From a virus (Duplodnaviria > Caudoviricetes), in IMG/VR virus record IMGVR_UViG_3300025836_000013, positions 1 to 42,266 of that record: a DNA stretch of 42,266 nt. The stretch is one strand, 5' to 3'. Positions 35,030-42,266 of the stretch are shown here, piece after piece. The position numbers were made by a program, and so were the translations under genes. Position 1 is the first letter of the stretch, and each line of letters begins with the position of its first letter. Below the pieces are notes generated by a model. That model worked only from the letters and a program-made list of their open reading frames with translations. It searched no databases and was not told the DNA's origin.

Positions 35030-35646
35030 CTATCTCCCCGAGTCTGCTTGGCTGCTGAAACTACTCTCTTGCTTGTTCGAGCTCCTTTCTTGTGATCCCC
35101 GTGAGCCGGTGCAGTTTTGTCATGTTCTCTGGACTGGGCATGCTCAGACCCGTCTCCCAGAACTGGATCGTTACCAGCGAGACTTTCAAGGACCGCGCCA
35201 TCGCCATCTGCGACAGTCCCTTGTTGATCCTCCAAACTTTGAGTGGATGTTCTGTTGCCATCGTTGACCTCCTGGATCAATATATGCAATGCTGTTGTCG
35301 CTTCATCTTGAAACCAATGCGCCCAGGCTTCGGCCTCCGTGTCGAACCCAAAGGGGTCTCTCCCCTTACTATTGCAAACATAGTACTGCTTTGTGTAGTG
35401 CTTGTCGAACACGCAGCGAAGTTCGGAGTCGCGGGTTAAGTAGTCGGACCATGGCAGATCGGTTAGTTCCACGTCTTGAACGCTGTAGTAATTCGAATGA
35501 CGAATCCCCTCACCGATCCAGAAGGTTACCGTTAAAGGAGACTCGGAACCTTGGATAATCTGTGTGACGAAACCATAGAGGCCGTCCGAGGTCGAACCGT
35601 CGCGAACTATAACAACTGCGTGTAGCCAATGTCGGAGTTCGCTCAT
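35026..35646 (-). CDS. Hypothetical protein (C-terminal part overlaps the HTH gene)
   Basis: MSELRHW start coupled to upstream stop (TGATG). Confidence 0.5.
   Translation of the reverse strand: MSELRHWLHAVVIVRDGSTSDGLYGFVTQIIQGSESPLTVTFWIGEGIRHSNYYSVQDVELTDLPWSDYLTRDSELRCVFDKHYTKQYYVCNSKGRDPFGFDTEAEAWAHWFQDEATTALHILIQEVNDGNRTSTQSLEDQQGTVADGDGAVLESLAGNDPVLGDGSEHAQSREHDKTAPAHGDHKKGARTSKRVVSAAKQTRGDR
35036..35048 (-). promoter_or_regulatory. SD-overlapping repeat, site E (one mismatch)
   Basis: AGCAGACTCGGGG(AG) upstream of ATG 35029. Confidence 0.7.
35061..35261 (-). CDS. XRE/Cro-like HTH transcriptional regulator
   Basis: LKVWRINKGLSQMAMARSLKVSLVTIQFWETGLSMP; AGGAGGT RBS. Confidence 0.88.
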   Translation of the reverse strand: MATEHPLKVWRINKGLSQMAMARSLKVSLVTIQFWETGLSMPSPENMTKLHRLTGITRKELEQARE

Positions 35647-35771
35647 CAGTCCACCAGCCCCCAGCGAATCAACCACTGAATTTTGTGGAAAACGAGCAAG
35701 ATGCCGACACCGATACCTACGATGAACGCCGCGCCCGCTGCGGTGACTATTGCAAGAACGGTTGCGCCCAT
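35646..35771 (-). CDS. Small membrane protein (41 aa)
   Basis: Hydrophobic helix; TGATG coupling at both ends. Confidence 0.55.
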   Translation of the reverse strand: MGATVLAIVTAAGAAFIVGIGVGILLVFHKIQWLIRWGLVD

Positions 35772-35947
35772 CACGATGCCCTTCCGAATGTCCCGGCAAG
35801 ACGTGACTGCGGATGAAAGGCCATGACACTCCATGCCTGTTTGAGACATTGCTGACGTTCAGAGCGCTTTGCAGCACGAACGTAACGGTTGTAACCGTTT
35901 GGCGTGTTGTGGTGGGACGTACCATTGCTTGTCATAACTCTCTTCAT
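35771..35947 (-). CDS. First early ORF (58 aa, not in ORF track)
   Basis: MKRVMTSNGTSHHN...FGRAS; GGGGG SD; stop overlaps next ATG. Confidence 0.55.
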   Translation of the reverse strand: MKRVMTSNGTSHHNTPNGYNRYVRAAKRSERQQCLKQAWSVMAFHPQSRLAGTFGRAS

Positions 35948-35954
35948 TCTAGGC

Positions 35955-35970
35955 CCCCAAGTCTGCTAGT
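35955..35970 (-). promoter_or_regulatory. SD-overlapping repeat, site F
   Basis: ACTAGCAGACTTGGGG 16/16; 21 nt identical with site A. Confidence 0.85.
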
Positions 35971-36006
35971 GTTGGCACCGGGCTTCGTTCGTCTGGTGCT
36001 GTTTGT

Positions 36007-36034
36007 ATTATTATCCGTTGTATTGATACGTCAA
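36007..36034 (-). promoter_or_regulatory. Putative early promoter
   Basis: TTGACG-16 nt-AATAAT in an AT-rich intergenic gap. Confidence 0.55.
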
Positions 36035-36158
36035 CTGTCTCATTGTGAAGACCTATTCACAATTAGTAACGCCGCTGTACAAGCCCAGTGTAGGCAAGCA
36101 CAACGGCGTATGAACGCTTTTACGCACTAGAGCCAAAGCGCCTAGACGTCTAGCGTCC

Positions 36159-36395
36159 TTAGCCCCTAACCTCCTTGCTGCCGTGGGGCATTAGCAGCTC
36201 GGGTTTCTTTTCCGGTTCTATAGCCTTCTCTCGCTCGAGCTTCTCGAGAACCGCAATCTCTGAGAAACTGGATCTGTTCCAACCCCGATGATGCACACAC
36301 CAATCTCCGACTGCCACTGTTGTGCTTATATTCCAGTGGATCACCAGCTTTTCCCTCGCCGGTTTCTCTTTCAGCGCCCGATCAAGATAGCCCAA
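36159..36395 (-). CDS. Small ParA partner (ParG/RHH-like)
   Basis: 78 aa directly after parA; RSSFSEIAVLEKL helix pattern. Confidence 0.55.
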   Translation of the reverse strand: MGYLDRALKEKPAREKLVIHWNISTTVAVGDWCVHHRGWNRSSFSEIAVLEKLEREKAIEPEKKPELLMPHGSKEVRG

Positions 36396-37125
36396 GAGTA
36401 ACCTCCAGTTCTCCCAAGAATGCTTTCCATGCCAACGATACCTTCTCCCTCGGCGCGAACTCCCATACCGGCTCAGGTACGTCCAACGCCTGCGTCACTC
36501 GAATGCTCGAGGGGATGATCGTGTCGAAGACAGCGGTGTCATACGTATCGTGAAGCATAACCGCGAAGGCCTTGGCGTACGTTGTCCTCTCCTGGACGGC
36601 ATTTAACAGGAGACCAGCAATCCGTAGGGAGGGGTTTCCGTTCTCGCGAACGAAGATGACCTTGTTAAACAACCGCTTCATCGCGTCCTTGTTGAATTTG
36701 TCCGGGCGTACTGGAATGAGGACACAGTCTGCAGCGATGAGCGCGTTCGTGACCATGAGACCAAGGTGCGTCGGCGTGTCGAAGATCGTCACCTGGTGGT
36801 CAAGTCTGGCGAGCAATTCACGGAGGCGAAAAGACCTCTCGTAATCTGGATTCGCCTCGTATTCTCCCAAGGTATCGTCGCTACCGAGGAGATCCAAATT
36901 GAGAGTTACTGTCATAGGAGTCGGGGCCGGGACCTTCGGGGCGAAGATTTGTGTAATGCTATGCTCTTTCGACAACTCCTGAGTCAGCAGGCCGGTCAAG
37001 TTCGCCTGGTCATCCAGGTCGATGGCGAGCGTCGTCTTCCCCAGGGAGGCGAAGTAGCGGGCGATGTGATAAGCAATCGTCGTCTTGCCGACGCCGCCTT
37101 TGAGGTTACAGACAGCAACCTTCAC
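36382..37125 (-). CDS. parA: ParA family partition ATPase
   Basis: KGGVGKTT, IDLDDQANLT, IFDTPTHLG, NALIAAD. Confidence 0.93.
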   Translation of the reverse strand: MKVAVCNLKGGVGKTTIAYHIARYFASLGKTTLAIDLDDQANLTGLLTQELSKEHSITQIFAPKVPAPTPMTVTLNLDLLGSDDTLGEYEANPDYERSFRLRELLARLDHQVTIFDTPTHLGLMVTNALIAADCVLIPVRPDKFNKDAMKRLFNKVIFVRENGNPSLRIAGLLLNAVQERTTYAKAFAVMLHDTYDTAVFDTIIPSSIRVTQALDVPEPVWEFAPREKVSLAWKAFLGELEVTLGLS

Positions 37126-37319
37126 AACAGTTTCTCGCTCTCTGGGATCTGCTCCGTCAGGAGCGTAGCTTCCGGCGGCACGTCCTGACAGGCGAGGTAC
37201 ATAATGTTGATCGCTTCGTCGATAATCTGCGTGGGGTGTTTCCCCAAAGCCCGAGCCAGATACCTTACCTTTGCTCCCGTCAACTCATCCAATTCAGGAT
37301 GACTCTTTTTGTATGTCAT
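37122..37319 (-). CDS. Small putative DNA-binding protein (RHH-like)
   Basis: 65 aa; KVRYLARALGKHPTQIIDEAI; AAGGGGAG RBS; coupled to parA. Confidence 0.6.
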   Translation of the reverse strand: MTYKKSHPELDELTGAKVRYLARALGKHPTQIIDEAINIMYLACQDVPPEATLLTEQIPESEKLL

Positions 37320-37348
37320 GGACTCCCCTTTTCCCAAGTCCATTGGTA

Positions 37349-37377
37349 TCTTGACGCTAAAACTCCTAGATGTCAAG
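37349..37377 (-). promoter_or_regulatory. Putative par promoter within an imperfect inverted repeat
   Basis: TTGACA-17 nt-CAAGAT; CTTGAC...GTCAAG dyad. Confidence 0.45.
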
Positions 37378-37724
37378 GAGCCGAGGAGATAAGGAAGCAG
37401 GGAGGCAAGGCGCCCGTCTTCGAGGATTCGGTCACGACGGCGAAGTTCTCCAAGATCACGACATGTTAGAGCAAGTCAAACTCGCCCGCCGTTCGCGAAC
37501 CGTTGCGATAGTGGGCGTATTTGAAGCCTGGGGGGTACTAGCACAAGGCAAGGCAAACGAGATACGCACTACGGGGCTAGAATCGAAGTGTTTCCATTTT
37601 GGAAATAGCTCATGGGCCTCTTGGGCCTCAATCATGGGCCTAAGTCGGGATTAAGTTCGATATGGAAGTGCGAAAGTATACAAAACCGATAACAATCTGA
37701 CATGGGTGTGTCCGGTCTGTCCGA

Positions 37725-37774
37725 AGGTGTCGGGAGGTGTCGGGAGGTGTCGGGAGGTGTCGGGAGGTGTCGGG
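37725..37774. repeat. Five perfect tandem copies of AGGTGTCGGG
   Basis: Direct reading; non-coding region upstream of the par operon. Confidence 0.9.
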
Positions 37775-38655
37775 TGACCATTTCCGCATAGTAATGGGGA
37801 ACGGAATGACTCGCTTACGCTTATGCGGACGTAAAAGTGTCAGTGACCACACTTTCGGTGCCCAACCCTTAAGGATTTCTTAAGAGTTGATCTGGTTACA
37901 ATCTATAACCGGTAGCCAGAAAGTTGCCAACCGCGCACACTTACTTGTCAAAAACGTGCGGGAAAGTAAACAATGCATACATCGAAAGCGGAAAATATGC
38001 AATTGGCAGAGTGCAATGTGCAGTAAATGCACGAAAGGTACAATTGTTCATCTGCGATGTATACCAAAGTCCGTATGTTTCCCGAACCGATAATAACAAT
38101 CCTGCTATTATTGGAATGGGGCCTTATCCGATAATAACGGTATCAAGTACCCGTCAAGTACCCCGCAACCTTAACTGCATTAACTGTCCGCGCATTTGTG
38201 CAGCAACCTCTTGCACAATTAGCAAGTACTCGCGCCACGAATCGTGTTACGCATCCTGCGTTATGCTTGTAGCATTATTCCAGTAGAATAATTCCACAGT
38301 CTGCTCCACTTATCGTGAGCCAGACACGAATGCTGGAGCAACGACTTGACACAGACGTAGGCTACATATGCGAGAGCCGACCTGTCGTAGCGTCGGCTCC
38401 TGATCTCTTTGTGCACTTGGCACATGAGTCTCAAACAAAACACGATCTCTCAAGGGGAACTTCAACCCCTTATTCACGGCCATTCGCCCCGCTTGGCTTA
38501 CTGCGCCGCGTCCTGTATCTTTGGAAGAGGGAGATCGGGGGTCGGAATCCAGCGGATTATCCGTTGCCCTTAATCCTGGCTGGTCCGTAACCATTTTCAA
38601 TACTCAGACTGTCGCCATCTGAGAACCAGGTGTAAAGAATTACCTTATCGCTGCC

Positions 38656-38985
38656 TCACCAAGGATTCTTCTTCTTTTTCGGCTTTGGAATTAGGCCGGT
38701 GGTCATGGCATCAATCAGTGCGTTGGCCCCCTTCTCGTTGAGCGAACTGCCGGTCAAATACTGAAAGACGTGCGTTAGTTCGTGAGCAATGATCTTGTTC
38801 GTCTTTTCCTTGCTGAGTCCCTCGAGGACGTAGACGCGAACGACGCGAAGCCCTCGGAAAACCGGCCCTTTATGGTGCGGAGTGACTGTCAGGCCGTGGC
38901 AAACTCCCGGCTTGTATTCCGGTGCCGCCTCCGCGTCAATGAGGGCCTGCGGAACTTTCTCAATCTGGACCGAGACCATTGCCAT
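38656..38985 (-). CDS. Small zincin-like HExxH protein
   Basis: IIAHELTHVFQY, followed by NEKGAN. Confidence 0.7.
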   Translation of the reverse strand: MAMVSVQIEKVPQALIDAEAAPEYKPGVCHGLTVTPHHKGPVFRGLRVVRVYVLEGLSKEKTNKIIAHELTHVFQYLTGSSLNEKGANALIDAMTTGLIPKPKKKKNPW

Positions 38986-38991
38986 GTCAGG

Positions 38992-40200
38992 TCACCACTT
39001 GTGTTCGTAGAACGTCCTATCGAAGAAACTCTTGAACCTGCAACCCACCTCGTCGATGATGCCGCCGTCATTCACGTGGATGTCCAGGATGCATCCGCCG
39101 ACATGCGCCTGAATCTGCTTCTTCCGCATGAACGGTGTCTGATCTTGACAGCAGCCGGGCTGTAGAACATAAACCTCCCTAGGATAGCCGAACTCGAACT
39201 TGTGGTAGTGGCCCATCACGACAATGCGCGGCTTCTCACCACCCTGTAAGCTCTCGACATACTTCTGTGCCTTGTAACTCGTGGCGTAGGCACTCCCGCC
39301 GCCCGCATGGATGACGCGCATGATCTGTCCCGGGGCAAGTTCGATGTCGCGTTCCATGTAGCCGATGTCTTCAATGTCATCGCGCCCGGCCTTGTGCGCC
39401 TCGAGAGCAAGCAGCTGCCCGATGTTGATCCCCTCTCTCTGGACCCACCAGCCTTCGTGATCGTCTCCGGATAGTACCTTGGTCTTGATGCCGGGGATCT
39501 GAGGGCAGACGCGCAAGAACTCGTGAATCTGCGGGGTCACGCCATGGATCAGCAGGTCGAACTCGTTGAACTTCGCCTGACCATCGCACCAGTTTCCCGC
39601 ATGATAGACCGTCGTGACGCCCTCTGCAGCATACCATTCATAGAGCTTCGTGATCACGTCCTCGCGGCAGTACTTCGAGCTCGTGTGCCAGTCCGCCGTG
39701 TGCCCAATGACAAAGTGTCCGGCTCGGGCTCCGAGCCCTTCGAGAGTTTCCTTGACCGGTTCCTCCGGAGGCCGGATGTCGTTTTGAATGGAGTAGATTC
39801 CATTCTCGCAATCAAGGGTGACCGCTCGTTCCTTTAGCTCGTCGAGTCCAGCTTGAATGACCTTCGGCGCAACCTCGAAGAAATCGGCGAGCTCATCTTT
39901 GGTACACAGGTACTTCATCAGGTATTTGCGTATGCGTTCTGCCAGACTGTTGTCTTTGGCGACAAGGGGAACGCTCGGGTTTACTTCTCTAGGAAGGATC
40001 GGCTTTCCGATCGAATACCCCTTACGTGGCCCTGGCATCTTCATGTTCAGTCCGAACTGCTTCGCATAATGCCGGACGGTGTTCATCGGGATGTTCAGAG
40101 CAAGGGCAGCCTTGGCATAGTCACCCGCCTGTTCGAAGGGATGTTGCTGAGCATACTCGACAACCAGCCGCTGACGTTCCGTTCGGATTGCCAAGCTCAT
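38992..40200 (-). CDS. Calcineurin-like metallophosphoesterase with N-terminal HTH-like domains
   Basis: ADWH, HAGNWCDG, SGDDHE, VIH, MGHYH motifs. Confidence 0.85.
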   Translation of the reverse strand: MSLAIRTERQRLVVEYAQQHPFEQAGDYAKAALALNIPMNTVRHYAKQFGLNMKMPGPRKGYSIGKPILPREVNPSVPLVAKDNSLAERIRKYLMKYLCTKDELADFFEVAPKVIQAGLDELKERAVTLDCENGIYSIQNDIRPPEEPVKETLEGLGARAGHFVIGHTADWHTSSKYCREDVITKLYEWYAAEGVTTVYHAGNWCDGQAKFNEFDLLIHGVTPQIHEFLRVCPQIPGIKTKVLSGDDHEGWWVQREGINIGQLLALEAHKAGRDDIEDIGYMERDIELAPGQIMRVIHAGGGSAYATSYKAQKYVESLQGGEKPRIVVMGHYHKFEFGYPREVYVLQPGCCQDQTPFMRKKQIQAHVGGCILDIHVNDGGIIDEVGCRFKSFFDRTFYEHKW

Positions 40201-40270
40201 GCGTCCTCTTGCTGAAAAGATGCGACCTTGCTATAGTGTGTGCCGTCCATGGAGACAGCCTCCTTTGGAT

Positions 40271-40301
40271 AAAACGAGAGGGGCCGTCGATAGCGGCCCC
40301 T
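40271..40301 (-). terminator. Probable intrinsic terminator after holin
   Basis: AGGGGCCG-CTATCGA-CGGCCCCT then CTCGTTTT. Confidence 0.55.
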
Positions 40302-40312
40302 TGGCAATTCGA

Positions 40313-40708
40313 TCAGACTGAAGGCGGTACTGTCGGCGTTGTCGCCGGGACGATCGGCTTGCCAGCATCTATAATGGGTATCGCCTTGTCGACGTAGAGA
40401 ACTTGCTTCAAATCGACCGTCGCTTGCTTTTCGACCGCAGTCGTCAATAGATGTGGTTCCCATACCTGCTTGAAGGCGAACTCTGCTTCACCAAGGACAG
40501 CACCCAATATGATAGGCCAGTTGCCGCTTGCAACGACGGTCTTGAGCGAACCGTCCAGCCACATCACAAGAATGGCCAGACCGACTGCCAGTGCGAAGGC
40601 AATCAGTTGTTTGATGCGCCCGTCCCAGTTCTTCTTGAGCAGGACAGACGCGATGATGGGCGCGAAGAAGCCAATCACCCAGATCCACATACTCGGTAAA
40701 TTGTTCAC
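40313..40708 (-). CDS. Holin-like membrane protein
   Basis: 2-3 hydrophobic segments; directly downstream of endolysin. Confidence 0.7.
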   Translation of the reverse strand: MNNLPSMWIWVIGFFAPIIASVLLKKNWDGRIKQLIAFALAVGLAILVMWLDGSLKTVVASGNWPIILGAVLGEAEFAFKQVWEPHLLTTAVEKQATVDLKQVLYVDKAIPIIDAGKPIVPATTPTVPPSV

Positions 40709-40717
40709 GTGTACCTC

Positions 40718-41533
40718 CTACTTCTTTACAAGATTCTTCATCCACGCCAGCATCTCTGCCGGGGTCATGATGTGGATGGCTGGTTTGGTGACGGGTGTTG
40801 CAACTACTGGTTTTACTACAACGACAGGCTTGCCAACGTTCTTGACCCAGGCCAGCATTTCGGCCCCAGTCATTATGTGGATCGCTGGTTTAACTACTGG
40901 TTTAACTACAACAACAGGTTTCACGGTAACAGGTTTGACAACAGGTTTCACGACAACGGGTGCTGGCGGATCCCAGGCGCCGAAATCAAGCTGTCTCGAT
41001 TCGTTCAGATCTACAGACGCGCCCGCTACCGTCTGACCGTTCAAGTACTGCAAGAAGTGAGTGTGGGGGCTGACTTTCCCGCCTGACCACGCGTAGGTCT
41101 GCCAGAACCAGCGCGCAGTGCCCCATGCTTGGCAATATTCCACGACTGTATATGAACCGTACACGCCAACGCGGGCAAGGCCGATGACGCTCGCAACACC
41201 TCGTAAGTATGCGTCGATGCGTTCCAGTTCTGCCCCTGTCGGTGAAAAGTCCACGGCAAAGTAGATCGGTCTGGTTTCAGGGAATCCGATATTGCGTGCA
41301 AAAGCAAGAGCCATCTTTCCATCGGCAATACCTGCCGTGTACCCCTCTTTTGCGCGGCCCGCATAAGATTCATAGATGGTGACTAACCCGAGTCCTGCCG
41401 CCCTGATTGCCGCGGCTTCGACCCTGGTTGCACCCTTCGGGGGTGGAAACAGGTAGCGAACGACGAACCCATACCCAGCCTTCTTGACGGCCGGTAGGTT
41501 GGGGCGCGAGTGGGAGTAGTCGAGACCCTTCAT
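40718..41533 (-). CDS. Endolysin, DUF1906-like, allele B
   Basis: Same motifs as 85-888 with many substitutions. Confidence 0.85.
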   Translation of the reverse strand: MKGLDYSHSRPNLPAVKKAGYGFVVRYLFPPPKGATRVEAAAIRAAGLGLVTIYESYAGRAKEGYTAGIADGKMALAFARNIGFPETRPIYFAVDFSPTGAELERIDAYLRGVASVIGLARVGVYGSYTVVEYCQAWGTARWFWQTYAWSGGKVSPHTHFLQYLNGQTVAGASVDLNESRQLDFGAWDPPAPVVVKPVVKPVTVKPVVVVKPVVKPAIHIMTGAEMLAWVKNVGKPVVVVKPVVATPVTKPAIHIMTPAEMLAWMKNLVKK

Positions 41534-42027
41534 TTTAGGAACCCATTGATAACGAACCCAAGGATGCCCCCGACAAGAGAGACAAGCGCCAAGAGCAGCG
41601 GAATGGAAAGGCCGGACCTGCCCTGGCTTTCGTTTTGCGCTTTCTGTATCAAGCCGATTGCCGCAAGAAATGCGTCATCCTTTAGTTGTTGTTGCCGCTG
41701 CTGCTCTTGTGCCTTATCATTTATTTCTTTAGTCACCTGCTGTAAATTTTTGGCAACGACATCGGCTGTCGTGTTTACGAGCGCTCTCTGATTGTCATTG
41801 AACGCACTCACCTGGCTCGCCAAGGTTGCTTGTGTGTCTAGCGCGCGGTCAGCCGCAACGCGAACCGCAGTTGCATCTACATCCCGTATGGCGTCAATGC
41901 GCTTGGTCTCAGCAACGCTACGTTCATCAACGCGCTTCATTTCCGCCTTGAACCAATTAGTCAGTCCGTTGACTGTGGTATTGACCAGCAACAATGTGTT
42001 TGGTGTCGGATCGCTTTTTTCGTTCAT
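41530..42027 (-). CDS. Coiled-coil protein with C-terminal TM helix (positional equivalent of 885-1505)
   Basis: 165 aa; LSIPLLLALVSLVGGILGFVINGFL tail. Confidence 0.75.
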   Translation of the reverse strand: MNEKSDPTPNTLLLVNTTVNGLTNWFKAEMKRVDERSVAETKRIDAIRDVDATAVRVAADRALDTQATLASQVSAFNDNQRALVNTTADVVAKNLQQVTKEINDKAQEQQRQQQLKDDAFLAAIGLIQKAQNESQGRSGLSIPLLLALVSLVGGILGFVINGFLK

Positions 42028-42028
42028 G

Positions 42029-42265
42029 TTACCCCCCCCCTAACTGCTCAGTTACCGGTGCTACGCTAGCCGTCTGCAACAGCGTATCTGCTACCACTTG
42101 TAGGTCTGTCAACTCTACTGTTGCCTTGTCCAGCTTGCCCTTCAAATCCACCACCTCTACCTTCTTTTCCGTTACCTTCTGTGCCACAACCGCCATATCC
42201 AGCACAGCGACAATGCCTTCATCAGGAATGACGACACCGCCGACTGCAGCCCTGAACGCCTCGAC
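42029..42265 (-). CDS. Hypothetical protein, partial; homolog of 1507-1857
   Basis: VEAFRAAVGGVVIPDEGIVAVLD aligns with IEAFRSAVGGVVIPNEDIVGVLD. Confidence 0.8.
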   Translation of the reverse strand, partial: VEAFRAAVGGVVIPDEGIVAVLDMAVVAQKVTEKKVEVVDLKGKLDKATVELTDLQVVADTLLQTASVAPVTEQLGGG

Positions 42266-42266
42266 T

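Noticed and set aside
21912-35970. Motif copies as recombination or att sites
   Set aside because: No recombinase seen, no dyad symmetry, and all six same-strand copies are positioned at ribosome-binding sites
37725-37774. CRISPR array
   Set aside because: Repeats are contiguous 10-mers with no spacers; no cas genes
37924-38286. 120-aa plus-strand ORF, and other plus-strand ORFs in the track
   Set aside because: No SD or recognisable motifs; most are shadows of minus-strand genes

Overview
The window is essentially one complete ~40.6 kb siphovirus-type phage genome with an HK97-like head, and every credible gene is on the minus strand. Position 1 corresponds to 40634, and the two ends carry different alleles of the lysis region. 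In transcription order the modules are: partition genes (RHH-like, ParA, small partner); early genes (XRE HTH, HNH, Gp3-like recombination protein, Gp37/Gp68 radical-SAM-like); an Hfq-like gene with adjacent structured RNAs; replication (initiator with iterons, DnaC/IstB-like loader); BRO antirepressor; stand-alone NrdD-type glycyl-radical domain; NinG-like, 3D-domain and Cys-rich proteins; packaging, head and tail genes; lysis genes; and a metallophosphoesterase. Five NUMOD3-HNH homing endonucleases are inserted between genes. I see no integrase and no divergent CI-type repressor, which suggests a plasmid-like prophage. The main finding is a candidate RNA-based regulatory system. A 12-16 nt motif (mRNA sense CUAGCAGACUUGGGG) overlaps the Shine-Dalgarno of six dispersed ORFs. 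Its only inverted copy lies in a short promoter-driven hairpin RNA (29904-29946) just upstream of a phage-encoded Hfq homolog. All calls are by eye; no searches were run.
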